In this document: piece by piece, positions 63,459 to 64,000 of the stretch
How the letters are laid out: each line of letters opens with the position of its first letter
How positions within the stretch are numbered: the stretch's first letter is position 1
NCBI GenBank assembly: GCA_010093705.1
Contig: MU006100.1
Span: 718,745 to 782,744, forward strand
Length of the DNA: 64,000 nucleotides
Reading direction: 5' to 3'
DNA from: Patellaria atrata CBS 101060
Taxonomy: Eukaryota
The notes under the pieces: generated by a model
What the model saw: only the letters and a program-made list of their open reading frames with translations
What the model was told of the DNA's origin: nothing
Databases searched by the model: none
Made by a program: the position numbers and the translations under genes

Positions 63459-64000
63459 ATGGTTCAGCGCAATTCAAGCCCAGATACCGATAACAAAGAA
63501 CGTTGGACAGAGCATTCTTCGCCTTCAAATGGAGAACTGCTGGAAAAGCGCTGGGACGAGCAAACACCCGCCCTTGGGCTTTCATTCCGGAATCTCCATG
63601 TTCATGGCTTCAATACCGCTGATCAATACCAGCAAACAGTCGCGTCCTATCTTCTGAAACTCCCGAGACTTGTAGTATCGCTTCTACGAAAAGGGCCCAA
63701 GGAAAGTGTACAAATACTCCAGGATTTCAATGGCATCTTGCGCAATGGCGAGATGTTGCTCGTACTTGGTAGACCTGGAAGTGGATGTACAACATTTCTG
63801 AAGACTTTAGCAGGAAACACTCATGGAATCAACATCCATCCCTCTTCTCAAATCAATTACCAAGGTAAGACTTTCAGATCTCAAAACCCATTTTCGCTTA
63901 TAGAGTCGAACTAAAGCTTAGTGATAGGAGTTTCGTATCAACAAATGCACCAAGATTTCAAGGGACAAAGCATCTATCTCGCAGAACTCGACGTCCACTT
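63459..64000 (+). CDS. PDR/ABCG-type ABC transporter, 5' part only
   Basis: GLSFRNLHVHG, ILQDFNGILRNGEMLLVLGRPGSGCTTFLK (PDR NBD1 Walker A with Cys) and YLAELDVH after an intron. Confidence 0.9.

Overview
Intron-containing filamentous ascomycete (Pezizomycotina) genomic DNA with about 25 genes. I found no rRNA, tRNA, CRISPR array or recognisable transposon. From left to right: CTF18 (truncated by the window edge, with MCB boxes in its promoter) and a BTB-domain gene. Next is a compact ~21 kb, 10-gene cluster (4954-25574): two 4CL-like acyl-CoA ligases, two SidH/CaiD-like crotonases, a MaoC-type hydratase, two AtuA/DUF1446 proteins, a TRI12-like MFS transporter, a double-ABM-domain protein and a bZIP-DUF3425 transcription factor. 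Six consecutive enzymes of this cluster end in PTS1-like tripeptides. Three of its promoters share the exact 13-mer ATGATTCATTAGT, part of a bZIP-type palindrome CTAATGAnTCATTAG. This is the best candidate for an undescribed, co-regulated peroxisomal CoA-dependent pathway. Then come an orphan gene, an intracellular GH5, a Goodbye-NACHT-TPR-ZZ fungal NLR, an F-box-like gene, a small membrane protein, a secreted GMC oxidoreductase, a dual-targeted carnitine acetyltransferase, ASK1 and a GH127 pseudogene. The right end holds a possible steroid/terpenoid-modifying cluster (ERG26-like 3beta-HSD, two P450s, PTH11-like receptor, PDR ABC transporter) that runs off the window. All calls come from reading motifs by eye; no database searches were run.
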